Part shown: positions 1 through 11,367 of the stretch, in pieces
Layout of the letters: every line of letters begins with the position of its first letter
Numbering within the stretch: the first letter of the stretch is position 1
Assembly: GCF_963921235.1 (NCBI RefSeq)
Contig: NC_086099.1
Coordinates: forward strand, 163,804,001-163,868,000
From: Mobula hypostoma
Taxonomy: Eukaryota
Reading direction: 5' to 3'
Length of the DNA: 64,000 nt
The notes under the pieces: model-generated
Told to the model about the DNA's origin: nothing
The model's database searches: none
Seen by the model: only the letters and a program-made list of their open reading frames with translations
Position numbers and translations under genes: made by a program

Positions 1-402
1 TATCTCAGTTATACATGCCACCTCTTGGGTATGAATGTGCTGTTGGAAACAGTTTTGCTATGAATTCAGGTTTTGATCATGTGACTATTACAGTACTCAT
101 CAACTTTTTTTTCTGATTGATAAAACTGTGTGTTAGACTTCTGAATCCTGCGTGGTGACAGCATGACAACTATTTTGTACAGGTTATTGATTTTTTTTAA
201 AATATGAAGTATTGAAAATACATTTTCTGTATTTAATATAGTAGCACTTAGAGCTAACGGAAGACTTGTAAATGGTAATTAGTTTCAGAATTAAAGTGGG
301 CAAATGTATTGCAAGACATTGTTCTGTGTGAAAAGAAGGAAGATTGGTAGCTCAGGTTGGCTGCTTATTTGTAGGATTGTTTGCTGAGCCCAAAGGTTAG
401 GT

Positions 403-444
403 CGCACACTTTTCGCCACCAGTGGAGGTGACATCATCAGTGCG
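403..444 (-). ncRNA. Degenerate minimal type I hammerhead ribozyme motif (PLE family A)
   Basis: Minus strand CGCA-CTGATGA-T-GTCACC-TCCACT-GGTGGC-GAAA-AGTG-TGCG: stem I CGCA/TGCG, stem II GTCACC/GGTGGC. The cleavage triplet is mutated. Confidence 0.65.
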
Positions 445-736
445 TAATTGAGTGATGCTTCTGCAGAGTGTTGGTCTGACTGGCCCTGATCGGTTTGCTG
501 TCACACTGGCTGCTAGTCTCTGCTGGGAAGGACAGCTGAGTGATCTCTGCTGGCCTGTATCCCTGGTTATCGGTTGTTGTGAGCTTTAGTTTCATGGGTG
601 TTCACTGCTCACCCCTTGGCCCCAGTCTCGCAGACACGTAGGTACCTAAATTACGTCCTTCTTGATATTTGTGCGCTGAGATGATTGACAGAGGATCGTG
701 TCATCTTATAGTTAGCTGATATTCGTGTAGTGTTCA

Positions 737-1330
737 TAGAACTATAGAACACTACAGCACAGAAAACAGGCCATTCGGCCCTTCTAGTCTGTGCCGAAAC
801 ATTATTCTGCTAGTCCCATTGACCTGCATCCAGTCCATAACCCTCCAGACCTCTCCCCTCCATGTACCTATCCAATTTATTCTTAAAAATTAAGAGTGAG
901 CCCGCATTTACCACATCAGTTGGCAGCTCATTCCACACTCCCGCCACTCTCTGAGTGAAGAAGTTCCCCCTATATCTTTCCCCTTTCACCCTAAAGCCAT
1001 GTCCTCTCATATTTCCTAATCCTAATTTAAGTGGAAAGAGCCTATTCACATTTACTTTGTCTATACCCCTCATAATTTTGTAAACCTCTGTCAAATCTCC
1101 CCTCATTCTTCTACACTCCAAGTAATGAAGTCCTAACATGTTCAATCTTTCCCTGTAACTCAACTCCTGAAGACCCAGCAACATCCTAGTAAATCTTCTC
1201 TTCACTCTTTCAATCTTACTCATATCCTTCCTATAGTTAGGTGACCAGAACTGTACACAATACTCCAAATTTGGCCTCACCAATGTCTTACACAACCTCC
1301 CAATAACATCTCAACTCCTATACTCAATAC
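737..1330 (-). mobile_element. CR1 LINE, 5'-truncated 3' end
   Basis: ORF 810-1295 (LVRPNLEYCVQFWSP...RGDLTEVYKIM...FFTQRVAGVWNELP) is the CR1 ORF2 C-terminus, followed by a 3' UTR and an ATAGAAC-type tail. Confidence 0.95.
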
Positions 1331-2037
1331 AATGCCCTGGTTAGTTTTCTCCCTCTCTGTCCTGTGTAGTGTTTGGGACAGTCTGTATATTGGACTTGGT
1401 ATAAGACATTTGTTCTCTCCACATGGGCTGTTGGATCTTTGCATCTCAAGATGAATGTTGTGATGGTTGTGCTGGGTTTGTGTGGTTGGAGCAGTCTTGC
1501 CGTAATTTCAGAAACCTGATATATCGTAGGGTTAGCCTCTTTCTTGTCCGTTCAGTAGGAGTTAAAAGTCTACAGTTGTGCAAACCTCAAGAAGAAATAA
1601 AGAACTCACCCTTTTCAAAGTATTCAAACCGCAATGACTATCCAAAAAAATTTCATCGGAATGTGTCTCGTCCAGAGAAACAAGGACACATGTTTGTCTG
1701 GGAAACTACAAAATTCCTGGCAGAAGCATAAAGCAAGAAACCAAGATAATTCTTAGAAGCTTGTTTGTCAATGGAAAATCCTAGTAACAAGCTTATTGAA
1801 CTGTATCCAATTTACAAACCTGTGTATGTACGGGATTGGTGCCGAGGGGTGAAAAGTGGAGACCCAAGGAACCAACAGTCACAACGACCGATAACCAGGG
1901 ATACGGGCCAGCGGAGAGCACTCAGCTATATGATTGGCTGGGACCCAGCAGAGACTTGCGGCCAATGCAACAGCCAACCAATCAGAATGAGTCGGGCCAA
2001 ATAAATGTGAGCACTCCGCAGACACAACACTCAATTG

Positions 2038-2075
2038 CGCACAGATGATGTCGCTTTGGTGACGAAACATTTGTG
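2038..2075 (+). ncRNA. Degenerate minimal hammerhead motif (PLE family A, second arm)
   Basis: CGCA-CAGATGA-T-GTCGC-TTT-GGTGAC-GAAA-CATT-TGTG, homologous to 403-444. Confidence 0.55.
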
Positions 2076-3479
2076 ACCTAACGTCCAAGCTTGGCCTTAC
2101 AATCAAATTGTTCTGTGTTTTGGGTGGGAAATAGTGCCTTCTGAAGGAAATTTAAATTTAATAATTTATTAACCATGTGACCACCTCGAGCCACTGTCTT
2201 CACTGGTATACCTAACTCCTTGTAAAGATTCACAGTCTAAGTATATGATTGATGGTACTGGTAAGCCAGAGATTATTGACTGGATACAAAGAGTAATCAA
2301 AAATTCAATTCCATTTAACATGGAACATTCTGGGAAGCTAGTATGTGCAAAAGCTAATTATTTTTGCATTATCTTAAAAGTAAATCAGCATAGCCACTAG
2401 AAAAAGACTTTGTTTTCAGAGAAACTGACTGGGAGCCATAAACCGTATCACTGCCAGTTCATGAGGCCAGTTCTGTTCAGTCACAATGGCAGCAGTGATC
2501 CAAGCAGCAGTTGACTAGTATAAAACATTTTACAACTTCAGCAAAGTTCATGGTGGGAGAGCACAAAAGATCCTGGAAAATGTTGTCTTGATATAACTAA
2601 TGGTGTGTGTCATTCATGCCACCATTTCCTGGAAAACCTGTATCTAGGTAGAAGATGGCTGCTTATCGTCACCACTGCTACAGGGAAGGATTTAACTGTA
2701 CAGTGCAGATTTCAATTGATGCTTTATTGACACGAATCTTCAGAGAACAAAAAAGCTTGACACCTAATTAGTTGCCAAGATATTTGTCTCTCTGTTATTT
2801 GGTGTCTATTTTAAATGAAAGAAACAGCTGACTGGTAACCTGCAGATAGTATTTTTTTGTTCAGAGATGAAGCTGACATTTTCTAGGCTGCCTCTCTCCC
2901 AGCAACCATGTGCTATGTCATCAATCTAACTTAATGAAGTTTTTCAACTGCACAGCTCAAAAAACACATAGAAAGTTAAAACAAAGTTGTTAAGTTGTTT
3001 TGTTGCATTGTACCCAAAATTTACTTTCCACAGAATTAAAATTAGTGTTACGTATATGCATAGAGCTCTCAATTCCTTTTAAAAAATTGTTGGTACTAAA
3101 AATCTATGATATGAACGGAAATGCTGAAACCTTTAGCAGATCAGGCAGCATCTGAAAAGACCTAAAATATATTAACTTGCCTGCCTGACCTTTTGAGTAT
3201 TCTCAAAATATTTTTTAATCTCAATTCCACTATTTAATACTCATGCATGAAATTTTGAAATATTTTGTAATATGCACCTGAGTGTTAGAGTGCAGTTCAC
3301 CTGTATCAAATGGAAGCAGATTACTGAGAAAGTGAGGGCACTGACTCCTGTATTTGTGACGTGGATGGAGTGAGTGGGAAACCTGATCGTGTTTGTAGTT
3401 GAAAAATGTATAAGGATCTCATGCAAGTTATCCTCTGCCAGTTGTAGACTTTTTAATGTGTGGATGTATATTGTGTATT

Positions 3480-3986
3480 GGATTAAAAAAAATAGTTGTG
3501 GGTGGACTGGTAAGTTTGCTGATGGCACGAAGATTGGTGATGTGGTGGATCAATGTAAAAGGGTTGCCAAAGGATACAGCGTGTATAGATCTGTTGCAGA
3601 AATGACCCGAGAAATGGCAGGCAGAGCTTAATTCAGGGAAGTATGCGTTTTGCACTTGCGAGATCACATGTAAAGGTGTGGTGTACAGTTAATGGTATGT
3701 AATAACACCAATGATGTTTGGAGAGAGCTTGGGGGTCTAAATCCATAGCACCCTGGAAGAGGCCACACAAGTTTAATGGATGGTAAAGAAAGCATATGAC
3801 ATCCTTGCCTTCAATACTTGAGGCATTGTGCTCAACAGTCAGGAAGTTTTATAAAACTCAGATTAGGCTACATCTTCAGTATTGCATTTAGTTCAGTCAT
3901 CTCGTTATAGGAAGGATGTAGAGGGTATGGAGAGGCTGCAAAAGAGGTTTGCCTGGAGGCTGCCTGGAAGAGAGGGCATGTGCTAT
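3480..3986 (+). mobile_element. CR1 fragment, 5' part of a copy split by the LTR element
   Basis: KFADGTKIG reverse transcriptase (RT) motif. It breaks at ...GGCATGTGCTAT and resumes at CTATAAGGAGAG (7160). Confidence 0.85.
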
Positions 3987-4194
3987 TGTTGTTGCTGATA
4001 TTAAAATAAGATAACATACACACTCTAACAAGTCAAACATTTTTTTTCACTTGTGCACAAGGAAAACAGCATGTTTCACCCACACTGTTCTAAAGCCAGA
4101 ACATAAAATGTGCTATTTTTATACACAATTGACTTATCAGTTATGGATATTGACCATTTGGTAACTTGTATGTTTGAATTCCTTGCTTTCAGAA

Positions 4195-5065
4195 TAAAAG
4201 TTCAAACGGTTATTATTCAAGTACATACATGTTACCATACACAACCCCAAGATTCATCATTTTCTGGGCATACTCAGCAAATCTACAGAATATCAAAATA
4301 TAACAGGATCAGTGAAAGATCAACCAGAGTGCAGAAGCCAACAAACTGTGCAAATGCAAATATAAATAAATAGTAATAAATAACGAGAACATGAGATAAT
4401 GGGATAAAGAGTTCTTGAAAGTGAGATAATTGGTTGTGGGAGCGTTTCAGTGATGGAGCAAGTGAGTGTATTTACCCAGTTTTATTTAAGAGCCTCATGG
4501 TTGTGGGGTAAAACTGTTCATAAATCTGGCGGTGCGAGTCCTGAGACTCTTGTACCTTCTGCCTGATGGCAGCAGTGAGAAGAGAACATGGATTTTCCAT
4601 TCAAAGGCATTGGTGTTTCCAGACCAGGTGTGATAAAGCCAGTCAGTATACTCTCCACTACACATCTATAGAAGTTTGTGAAAATTTTTAGGTTTCGTAC
4701 CAAATCTTTGCAAGCTCCTGAAGAAGTAGAGGTGCTGCCGTGCTTTCTTCACCATTGCACTTATGTGCTGGGTCCAGGACAGGACCTCTGAAGTAGTAAT
4801 ACCTATGAATTTTCAATTGCCAGCCCTCTCCACCTCTGCTCCTCCAATGAGGACTGGGTCATGGGCCTCTGGCTTCACTCTTTTGAAGTCTGTAATCAGT
4901 ACCTTGGTCTTGCTGACATTGAGCAAGAAGTTGTTGTGACCTCACTCAGCCAGATTTTCAATATTCCTCCTATGTGCTGTTTCATCACCACCTTTGATTT
5001 GGCCCACAACAGTGGTGTTATCAGCAAACTTGAATATGGCATTGGAGCTGTTCTTAGCCACAAGT
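4195..5065 (-). mobile_element. Rex1/Babar-type LINE 3' fragment
   Basis: Minus-strand peptide NFYRCVVESILTG..., broken KFADNTTVVG region, and a 3' tail with a poly(A)-signal-like motif and TTTGAACTTT. Confidence 0.85.
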
Positions 5066-5070
5066 CTGAA

Positions 5071-5410
5071 GTGGCAGAGAAGGAGTACCAGGGGCGGGGA
5101 GTAGACACAGCCCTGACACACCGGGCAAGGTCATTTGATTTCAAACAATGGGTTTGTTGATCAGTACAGAATATCTCTTTGGTGCTTTCTGCTCATTCCC
5201 CTCTTCCTTCCCCCTTTACCCAACCATAATTACCCTCTCCCTGTCTCCTTCCCACTCTCCATCCAGAATAGAGACCCATATCAGAATCATGAAATTTGTT
5301 TCTTTTTTTCCGTTCGGTAGCAGTATAATACATAAAATTACTACAGTACTGTGCAAAAGTCTTAGGCTCCCAAGTTCAATGTGATTGCCTAAGACATTTG
5401 CACATTACTG
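5071..5410. mobile_element. Composite Tc1-like non-autonomous element, left-truncated copy
   Basis: Internal sequence is shared with 45689-46116 and 62606-63098. It ends in a palindromic mini-MITE at 5344-5410 (CAGTACTGTGCAAAAGTCTTAGGC...GCCTAAGACATTTGCACATTACTG) flanked by TA. Confidence 0.8.
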
Positions 5411-5811
5411 TACCGGACAAACTGGGGATGGCAGCGATACATCAACTACTTCATCCTCAGACTCTGGTGCTAATTGCTTCTTTTCTTACACTGAAGTGGA
5501 CACTATTACTCCTTGCCTGTTCGTTCTGTGCCATGGCCTTCTCTAACTTTTGCTCACTTTCTCTGCTTTTTTACAGGACTCATCTGACTGTTTTTGCAAT
5601 TTACATCGACATTGTAGGTCACCCACCCTATAGCCTTCTCACATTTCAGCATCTGCAGGCTCTCACGTAGTCCATTCTACGCATACAGTATACTTCTCAA
5701 CATACTTACTGCTTTCTGGTCCATAAGATACAGACATGCACACTGCCGCAGTCCATCAGAAGTCCGGTACAGGGGATTTTTTCACATGCAGCAAGCCCGA
5801 GCAAGGCACAG

Positions 5812-6370
5812 CCCAGACCAGAACAAACCTGCACAGGACACAACCCGGACCAGAACAAACCCGCACAGGACACAACCCAGACCAGAACAAACCCACACGG
5901 GACACAACCCAGACCAGAACAAACCCGCACGGGACACAACCCAGACCAGAACAAACCCACACTGGACACAACCCGGACCAGAACAAACCCGAACGGGACA
6001 CAACCCAGACCAGAACAAACCCACACTGGACACAACCCGGACCAGAACAAACCCACACTGGACACAACCCAGACCAGAACAAACCCGCACAGGACACAAC
6101 CCGGACCAGAACAAACCCGCACTGGACACAACCCGGACCAGAACAAACCCACACTGGACACAACCCAGACCAGAACAAACCCGAACAGGACACAACCCAG
6201 ACCAGAACAAACCCACACTGGACACAACCCAGCCCAGAACAAACCCGCACGGGACACAACCCAGACCAGAACAAACCCACACTGGACACAACCCAGCCCA
6301 GAACAAACCCACACTGGATACAACCCAGACCAGGGCAAACATGCGTGAGGCACAACCCGGACCAGGGCAA
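5812..6370. repeat. 32-bp minisatellite, about 17 copies
   Basis: Unit CCCRGACCAGAACAAACCCRCACDGGACACAA. It is stop-free, which explains the five overlapping ORFs at 5706-6428. Confidence 0.97.
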
Positions 6371-6731
6371 ATCTAGCACCAGACTCTGTTCCTGACTCAA
6401 ATATGAGCAGCCTATGATTTAGGAACAATTGACTACCAGAGCTGAATTCCTTTCTCCTATATCGACGAAGTCAAGTATTAGTCATCTTGGCGGAATCTGC
6501 GAGTAACTGTCATCACCAATAATAACATAAAATGTCTAAAATAACTGGGCCCAGAGCACACTCACTCCTCCCCCTCAAACATATTATTTTACTTGTTCAC
6601 GAGGAGAACAGTGTGCTCCTGTCGCCACACTGTTCTGAAGCCAGAACAGAAATTTTGCTATTTTAAAGAGAATTGGCTTATCTGTTACCGAGATTAACCA
6701 TTTGGTCAATTGTATGTGATACTTGCCTTTC

Positions 6732-6859
6732 ACAATAGAAGTGTTAAAAGTCAATCGAAACTTCAAGTGGACAGTCGATGATACCTTGAAGTTAGTAAAG
6801 ACAATAGAGGTATTTAAGTTAAATCGAAACTTCAAATGGACAGCCAATATTTTGAAGTT
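6732..6859. repeat. Imperfect 69-bp tandem duplication within the LTR U3
   Basis: ACAATAGAAGTG...AATCGAAACTTCAAGTGGACAG...TTGAAGTT recurs at 6801. Confidence 0.9.
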
Positions 6860-7159
6860 GTCCCTTAGCTGTTGGGTATATTTCAGATCCTGCCATTATT
6901 CTGATCCTGTCTGTCTCCAGCGCCTCCTATTGTGTAAAGGACACTATGTTTCAGGAAGTCCTTTCAGGGAAAGCCTCACTTCAGTAGCCTCACTCGTCTG
7001 TCTCAAGTAGACACTGTCACAGTCATCCCTGCCCACCTCTCTGTAACTGGCAAGGTTGGTTCCAGCGATCTCACTTCAGAAGTTTTCCTTGTCTGAGTTG
7101 GACTACACACCACCGCTGTTCTCTTCATCTTTATCCCTTGCCTTGCTGCAACTTTCACA

Positions 7160-7575
7160 CTATAAGGAGAGTTTAGACCAACTAGGACTGTTTTCTCTGG
7201 AGTGGCTGAGGCTGAAAGGAGCCCTGATAAAGTTTATAAGCTACGAGGGCTATATGTAGAGTAGACAGCTGGTATCTTTGTCCCAGGGTCAAAATTTCTG
7301 AGTTGGTGGTCATTTATATAAAAGAGGGAGAAAACTTTAAAGGAGATGCTCTAGACAAGCAGTGTACACAGAGTAGAGGGTGCCTGAAATGTACTACCAG
7401 GAATAGTGATGGAGTCAGATAGGATAGAGGTATCTAAGAGGCTCTTGGATAGGCACATGGATATGCAGATAATAAATGGAGGCTGAAGGCAATAGATGTC
7501 ATTAGCTTATTTAGTTTGGCGCAAGATCATGAGCCAAAGGGCCGGTTCCTGTTGTGTAATTGTTCTGCTTCCATA
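7160..7575 (+). mobile_element. CR1 3' end, continuation of 3480-3986
   Basis: YKESLDQLGLFSLEWLRLKGALI followed by a CR1 3' UTR. Confidence 0.85.
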
Positions 7576-8159
7576 GATTTGTGGCTTCTTATAGACCTTC
7601 AACTCAAGATTGTGTCATTGTAATTTTGTGATGGATTACATTGTCAATCCAATGAATTGTTCACACATACAGTTTTGGGAGAAGAAAAGTCCAACTGGGT
7701 GGTAGATTTCCTTGTACTGGCTTAGTCCCAAGTCACCAGGCAACTTGAAAGATGAATCAAAGCTGAACCTGATGGGGAAAAGTCGGAAACGTTGCATTTT
7801 CTAATATTGATACCTCTGGCATAAATGCTTACTAAGTAAAGAGCTCTAAATAGGAAAGCCAGCTTATTTTGTGATGTGAACCTTTGACCCTTGGTTGAAT
7901 ATATGTAATTGTAACAATTATGGAGCATCTGATGCTTTAAGTTGAATTTGAAATATTAAGCTTTTCTGTATTTTTGATTCCATTCAAAATTCTTCACCAT
8001 CGAGATGAGCAACAAGAAACAGTGAAGTGGTTTTCTGTTCATCTTTTATTAGCTTATTACTGTACATCCCAAAGCAATCTGACATATATCTGCTATTGTA
8101 AGTAAGACACCCAGTTTATAAATGGTAAAATCCTACCACAAGTATTGTGACAATGATCA

Positions 8160-8395
8160 GATAATGTGTGTGGGAGGGTGGGGGGGGGGTTGGTAAATAC
8201 GGCTGGAATGACAGGAAGGCACACTCTGTTTTGAAGTAGTTCTATGGGTTCTTCAGCATGACTAAACAAATGATGTCTCCAACATGGCAACACTCCCTAA
8301 GTGCTGTACTGTAGTACAGTATCAGACTCTGCAATTGGTTTAGCCCCTTAACCTTCTGATTCAGTGCAGGAATATAACTATAGAGTCATATCTGA
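8160..8395 (-). mobile_element. Old Deu-domain (SacSINE/AmnSINE-like) SINE remnant
   Basis: GCAACACTCCCTAAGTGCTGTACTG...AACCTTCTGATTCAG resembles this SINE class and is highly diverged. Confidence 0.4.
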
Positions 8396-8971
8396 GGAAA
8401 ACCACTTGAAAAATAGCTATAAGAATTTGAGCTTATGGATGGAATTAATGATTACAAATGAATCTCAGCCCCCGTGGTAAGATCTCACAGACAATATTCT
8501 GTTAATAATAAATATCTATTTGATCAGTTTTTTTCAGTTTATTGGCATTTTATTGACTTTAGCATCAAAGGTTAGAATCTCCTTTATCTTTCCAATTACA
8601 TTAGTATGTGTTTTGCTCACAATAAGCTTCACTCAATCTAATCCCTTACACAAGAAATATATAATATTTAGTCCATTCCCATTTCTCTATAAAAATGCAA
8701 TTTCTTTTTATTTAAAACCATCAGAAGATTGTGCTAGCAATGGTCCTTGAGAGATTAAATGGCTTTCTACTATATTATTTAGTTCTATGATTCTCTATTT
8801 CTGTTCAATACCAGAAATGGGTTTCTGAACCCTTTGTGTATATATAAGTTGAAAGCCACAAATATTAGTGCTCAGTGTGAGATATTAATGGATCTCTAGT
8901 AGAGGAAGGTGTTCTTTGATTTCTGTTGATGACCTGTACATCTAATGAAGTAATTGCATAGTGTAAATTAC

Positions 8972-10760
8972 CATCCCCCATCAGGAAGGTCTCAAAGCTC
9001 TCCGCTTCTTTTTGGATTCCAGACCTAACCAGTTCCCCTCTACCAACACTCTGCTCCATCTAGCGGAATTAGTCCTTACTCTTAATAATTTCTCCTTTGG
9101 CTCCTCCCACTTCCTCCAAACTAAAGGTGTAGCTATGGGCACCCATGTGGGTCCCAGCTATGCCTGCCTTTTTGTTGGCTTTGTGGAACAGTCCATGTTC
9201 CAAGCCTATACTGGTATCCATCCCCCACTTTTCCTTCTCTACATTGCATTGGCGCTGCTTCCTGCATGCATGCTGAGCTCGTTGACTTCATTAACTTTGC
9301 CTCCAACTTTCACCTTGCCCTCAAATTCACCTGGTCCATTTCTGACACCTCCCTCCCCTTTCTTGATCATTCTGTCTCTATATCTGGAGACAGCTTATCT
9401 ACTGATGTCTACTATAAGCCTATGGACTCTCACAGCTATTTGGACTATTCTTCTTCCACCCTGTCTCTTACAAAAATGCCATCCCCTTCTTGCAATTCCT
9501 CCGTCTCCACCACATCTGCTCTCAGGATGAGGCTTTTCATTCCAGAACGAAGGAGATGTCTTCCTTTTTTAAAGAAAGTGGCTTCCCTTCCTCCACCATC
9601 AACTCTGCCCTCAAACACCTCTCTCCCATTTCATGCACATCTGCTCTCACCCCATCCTCCCGCCACCCCACTAGGGATAGGGTTTCCCTTGTCCTCACCT
9701 ACCATCCCACCAGCCTCCGGGTCCAACATATAATTCTCTGTAACTTCTGCCATCTCCAACGGGATCCCACTACCAAGCACATCTTTCCCTCCCCCCCCCC
9801 CTCTGCTTTCTACAGGGATCGCTCCCTAGGCAACTCCCTTGTCCATTCGTCCCCCCATCCCTTCCCACCGATCTCCCTCCTGGCATTTATCCTTGTAAGC
9901 TGAAAAAGTGCTACACCTGCCCTTACACTTCCTCCCTCACCACCATTCAGGGCCCCAGACAGTCCTTCCAGGTGAGGCGACACTTCACCTGTGAGTCGGC
10001 TGGTGTGATATACTACGTCCAGTGCTTCCGGGCGGCCTTCTATATATTGTTGAGACCCAACACAGACTGGGAGACCGTTTCGCTGAACACCTACTCTCTG
10101 TCCACCAGAGAAAGCAGGATTTCCCAGTCGCCACACATTTTAATTCCACATCCCATTCCCATTCTGATATGTCTGTCCATGGCCTCCTCTACTGTAAAGA
10201 TGAAGCCACGCTCAGGTTGGAGGAACAACACCTTATATTCTGTCTGGGTAGCCTCCAACCAGATGACATGAACATTGAATTCTCTAACTTCCATTAATGC
10301 CCCTCCTCCCCTTCTTACCCCATCCCTTATTTATTTATGTATTTATTATTTTTTCCTCTTTTTCTCTCTCTCTTTTTTCTCTCTCTGTCCCTCTCACAAT
10401 AACTCCTTGCCTGCTCTCCATCTTCCTCTGGTGCTCCCCTCCCCCTTTCTTTCTCCCTAAGCCTCCCATCCCATGATCCTCTCCCTTCTCCAGCCTTGTA
10501 TCCCTTTTGCTAATCACCTGTCCAGCTCTTAGCTCCATCCCTCCCCCTCCTGTCTTCTCCTATCATTTCAGATCTCCCCCTCCCCCTCCCACTTTCAAAC
10601 CTCTTACTATCTCTTCTTTCAGTTAGTCCTGATGAAGGGTCTCGGCCCAAAACGTCGACTGTACTTCTTCCTATAGATGCTGCCTGGCCTGCTGTGTTCA
10701 CCAGCATTTTGTGTGTGTGGCTTGAATTTCCAGCATCTGCAGATATCCTCGTGTTTGCCT
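8972..10760 (+). mobile_element. Penelope-like element (Neptune-like), 5'-truncated, frameshifted RT plus GIY-YIG
   Basis: LVLTLNNFSF...QTKGVAMGT..GPSYACLFVG; the catalytic DD of YIDD is deleted at ~9245; Cys linker CKLKKCYTC; GVIY...YIVET; pyrimidine-rich 3' UTR and pseudo-LTR end. Confidence 0.93.
10625..10660 (+). ncRNA. Minimal type I hammerhead ribozyme motif (PLE family B)
   Basis: AGTC-CTGATGA-A-GGG-TCTCGG-CCC-AAAA-CGTC-GACT: stem I AGTC/GACT, GUC triplet. GAAA is changed to AAAA, consistent with CpG decay. Confidence 0.75.
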
Positions 10761-11367
10761 TACCAAATCTTTAGTTTTCTTTGCACTCGTATAATTGTGC
10801 CAGTCTCTAAATTGTCCCATTAATATTTCAAGATCTATAACCAGCAGCACCGGTCATAAAACATTAAAATTTGTACTTGTCTATTGTGTTTTTCTGGACT
10901 TGATGAGTATAGAAACTACTTAGCAAGTCGTGCAGCATATGTAGGTAGAGAAAGGTAGGGTGAATATTTTGGATTGATGATTAACAAATCTATCAATCTG
11001 ACGTAACTTTCTTTGATTTGTGGATATGATGTGACCTCTTAACTGTTGACTGCATTTTTGCTTTTAATTCTGATTTCCAGATTATGCTTATGAAAGTAGA
11101 TCTGGAAACCTCTCTTACTTTCCACACCATGCAGCGCCTCACCTGGGTCTACAAATCCAGTTTTGCATTAAACTTCGAGTTCCCAGTGGTTTCAGGGAAA
11201 CTGACCCAAATTGGTTTGTATTTGACTGGAGGCCTGTGATCACCACCCTCCTGTACTTAGCTGTGCTGTAATGAGAGGGACAATTGGCCTAACTGGTTGC
11301 AAAGAGGAAGTGTCTGGTGAGGCATCTCTGAAGCCCCAGTCCAAGGACCATCTCAACAGATTTTAGT

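Larger units (their letters stand above)
345..2105. mobile_element. Penelope-like element in head-to-head inverted arrangement (minus arm 345-736 plus 1331-~1575; plus arm ~1580-2105), interrupted by a CR1
   Basis: The minus strand around 1340-1420 reads ERTNVLYQVQYTDCPKHYTGQRGRKL (degenerate GIY-YIG) and continues LHEYQLTIR*HDPLSIISAH on the other side of the CR1. The plus strand at 1750-1825 reads FLEACLSMENPSNKLIELYPIYKPV (PLE C-terminus). 360-650 is the reverse complement of ~1820-2100. Confidence 0.8.
3987..7159 (-). mobile_element. Internally deleted LTR retroelement (LTRs 3987-~4195, truncated, and 6508-7159)
   Basis: Begins TG, ends CA, flanked by CTAT at 3983-3986 and 7160-7163, inside an otherwise continuous CR1. 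3987-4195 is homologous to 6508-6740. TATA-like TATAAAA on the minus strand at ~4117-4123. Confidence 0.75.

Noticed and set aside
5812-6370. CRISPR-like regular array
   Set aside because: There are no unique spacers, only contiguous tandem units, in vertebrate DNA with no cas genes.
5706-6428. Five long overlapping ORFs (186-240 aa)
   Set aside because: Artefact of a stop-free 32-bp minisatellite; the period is not a multiple of 3 and there is no gene context.
6723-7010. ORF with a 23-aa repeat resembling a Myb/SANT start (NFKWTVDDTLKLV)
   Set aside because: It lies inside an LTR U3 duplication, and the similarity is too short with no rest of the domain.
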